A DNA stretch of 64,000 nucleotides, from contig JAWLHK010000026.1 of NCBI GenBank assembly GCA_041690355.1, positions 1-64,000 on the forward strand. The letters are read 5' to 3'. Below the pieces are notes generated by a model. It was not told the origin of the DNA, made no database searches, and saw only the letters and a list, made by a program, of their open reading frames with translations. The position numbers and the translations under genes are program-made. Below, piece by piece: positions 62,991-64,000 of the stretch (position 1 is its first letter; every line of letters starts with the position of its first letter). Source of the DNA: a bacterium (GTDB taxonomy: Bacteria > J088 > JAWLBW01).

Positions 62991-63833
62991 GGTGTTATCG
63001 GGCTCCTTGACCCTGGATGGTACTTTCCTAAACGATACCAGACTGTGACCGCGCAGGTGTCAAGCTGCGCGCAGAAAACGGTTCCGTCGGCGGCGCAAGG
63101 CCCCGAGCAGCCGGCGCACGGCGCGCACGCCGCTGCCGCGAAGCGGTTCGAACGGGCGCGTCCGGTGACGGACTTCGCGGGCGGGATGAGACACCCTCTC
63201 CGAGCGCACGGGCGCTCCCCAGAGGGCGCCGCTGGCTACCGCATGCCGGTCGACGTGCACCGGCCCGGCGAAGATGAACGCCGTATGAATCATCGGAATG
63301 TTCCGCATAACCATTACCTCCTCCTCTTCCCCGCCGGACCTGACGCCCAATCGAGGGAAACCTCCTGAAAAAAAACAAAAGACCGCTATCCGAGCCTTGT
63401 CCAAAGGACGGCCGGATAGAGGTCTTGCGACTTCGCGAGCCGGTCCGGGGTTTTCACCCGTCTTGACGAACCGGCCGACCGCTATTTGCGGCCCGCTACT
63501 CCCCTCTCAGGATCAACGGTTTCACTATAGCAGCGCGTCCCGGGCCCGCGCAAGCAGTCGGCGCCACTTTCGGCAGAGCGCGAGGGCACCGGGCGCTGGT
63601 CCCTGGGCGCTGGGAGTCACTTGCGTCTTCGGCAGGTATCGAATCCGATCGTATCGAGCCGACAGTGGGAGGCAGCGCCTGGAGCCTGGCGAGACAGGGC
63701 CGTGGGCATCCAGGCCCGCTCCCTCGCTGTCGCGTCGACTCCGTTCCCGCCGTCAGCTCGGGACGAACGGGATGAAATCGTCAATCGTCAATTGAAAATT
63801 GTCAATTGAAGGTGTCTCTGGTAGCCTGATGGC

Positions 63834-63887
63834 ATGTTCACGACCTGCATCCCTTCGCGCCAGTGGTGGTGGCTGCCCAACCGGTAG
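63834..63887 (+). CDS. trpL: Trp attenuator leader peptide MFTTCIPSRQWWWLPNR
   Basis: 17-aa ORF with three consecutive TGG codons, followed by a GC hairpin. Confidence 0.8.
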   Translation: MFTTCIPSRQWWWLPNR

Positions 63888-63917
63888 CCGCTCGCTGAAC
63901 GACTGTATGCATCAACG

Positions 63918-63958
63918 GGCCGCGGCTACCTTCGGGTTCCCGCGGCCTGCGCGTTTTC
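63918..63958 (+). terminator. Attenuator hairpin
   Basis: ggccgcgg-loop-ccgcggcc followed by a short T-run. Confidence 0.6.
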
Positions 63959-64000
63959 GTCCCCCCCCCGCACGCAGCCCGGACCCGAAGGCGCCCGCCC

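Noticed and set aside
63000-63800. Short ORFs upstream of htpX
   Set aside because: No motifs or RBS; region contains repeat elements.

Overview
High-GC bacterial chromosome segment. The gene content (TonB receptor, Ser/Thr kinase-FGE fusion, sigma54-like sites) suggests a Gram-negative organism, possibly deltaproteobacterial/Myxococcota-like; this is inference only. The housekeeping backbone includes otsA, anmK, a thiolase, pcnB, a DksA/TraR protein, def, gltBD, a RecQ helicase, purU, a UDP-glucuronate decarboxylase, a penicillin acylase, an acyl-CoA dehydrogenase, a CitE-like lyase and htpX. An accessory region at ~16.3-37 kb interrupts it. The most striking feature is an ~11.5 kb integrative element (two tyrosine recombinases, repressor, Prim-Pol/D5 helicase, DUF4365, DUF5131+TcmP). 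It is bounded by an exact 21-bp direct repeat lying in-frame inside a 2402-aa teneurin-like Rhs toxin gene. The element appears to supply the gene's current C-terminal half, toxin and immunity gene, while an alternative C-terminal half with a different toxin/immunity pair sits just outside the other att-like site, so this may be an integrase-driven toxin switch. Other observations: a four-helix-bundle mini-insertion that duplicates and replaces the 3' end of the dksA-like gene, paired inverted heptamer arrays enclosing small accessory genes, decayed toxin-antitoxin remnants, three Em/GsiB-type 20-mer stress proteins, and a Trp-Trp-Trp leader-peptide attenuator at the right edge. All family calls come from motif recognition by eye, without database searches.
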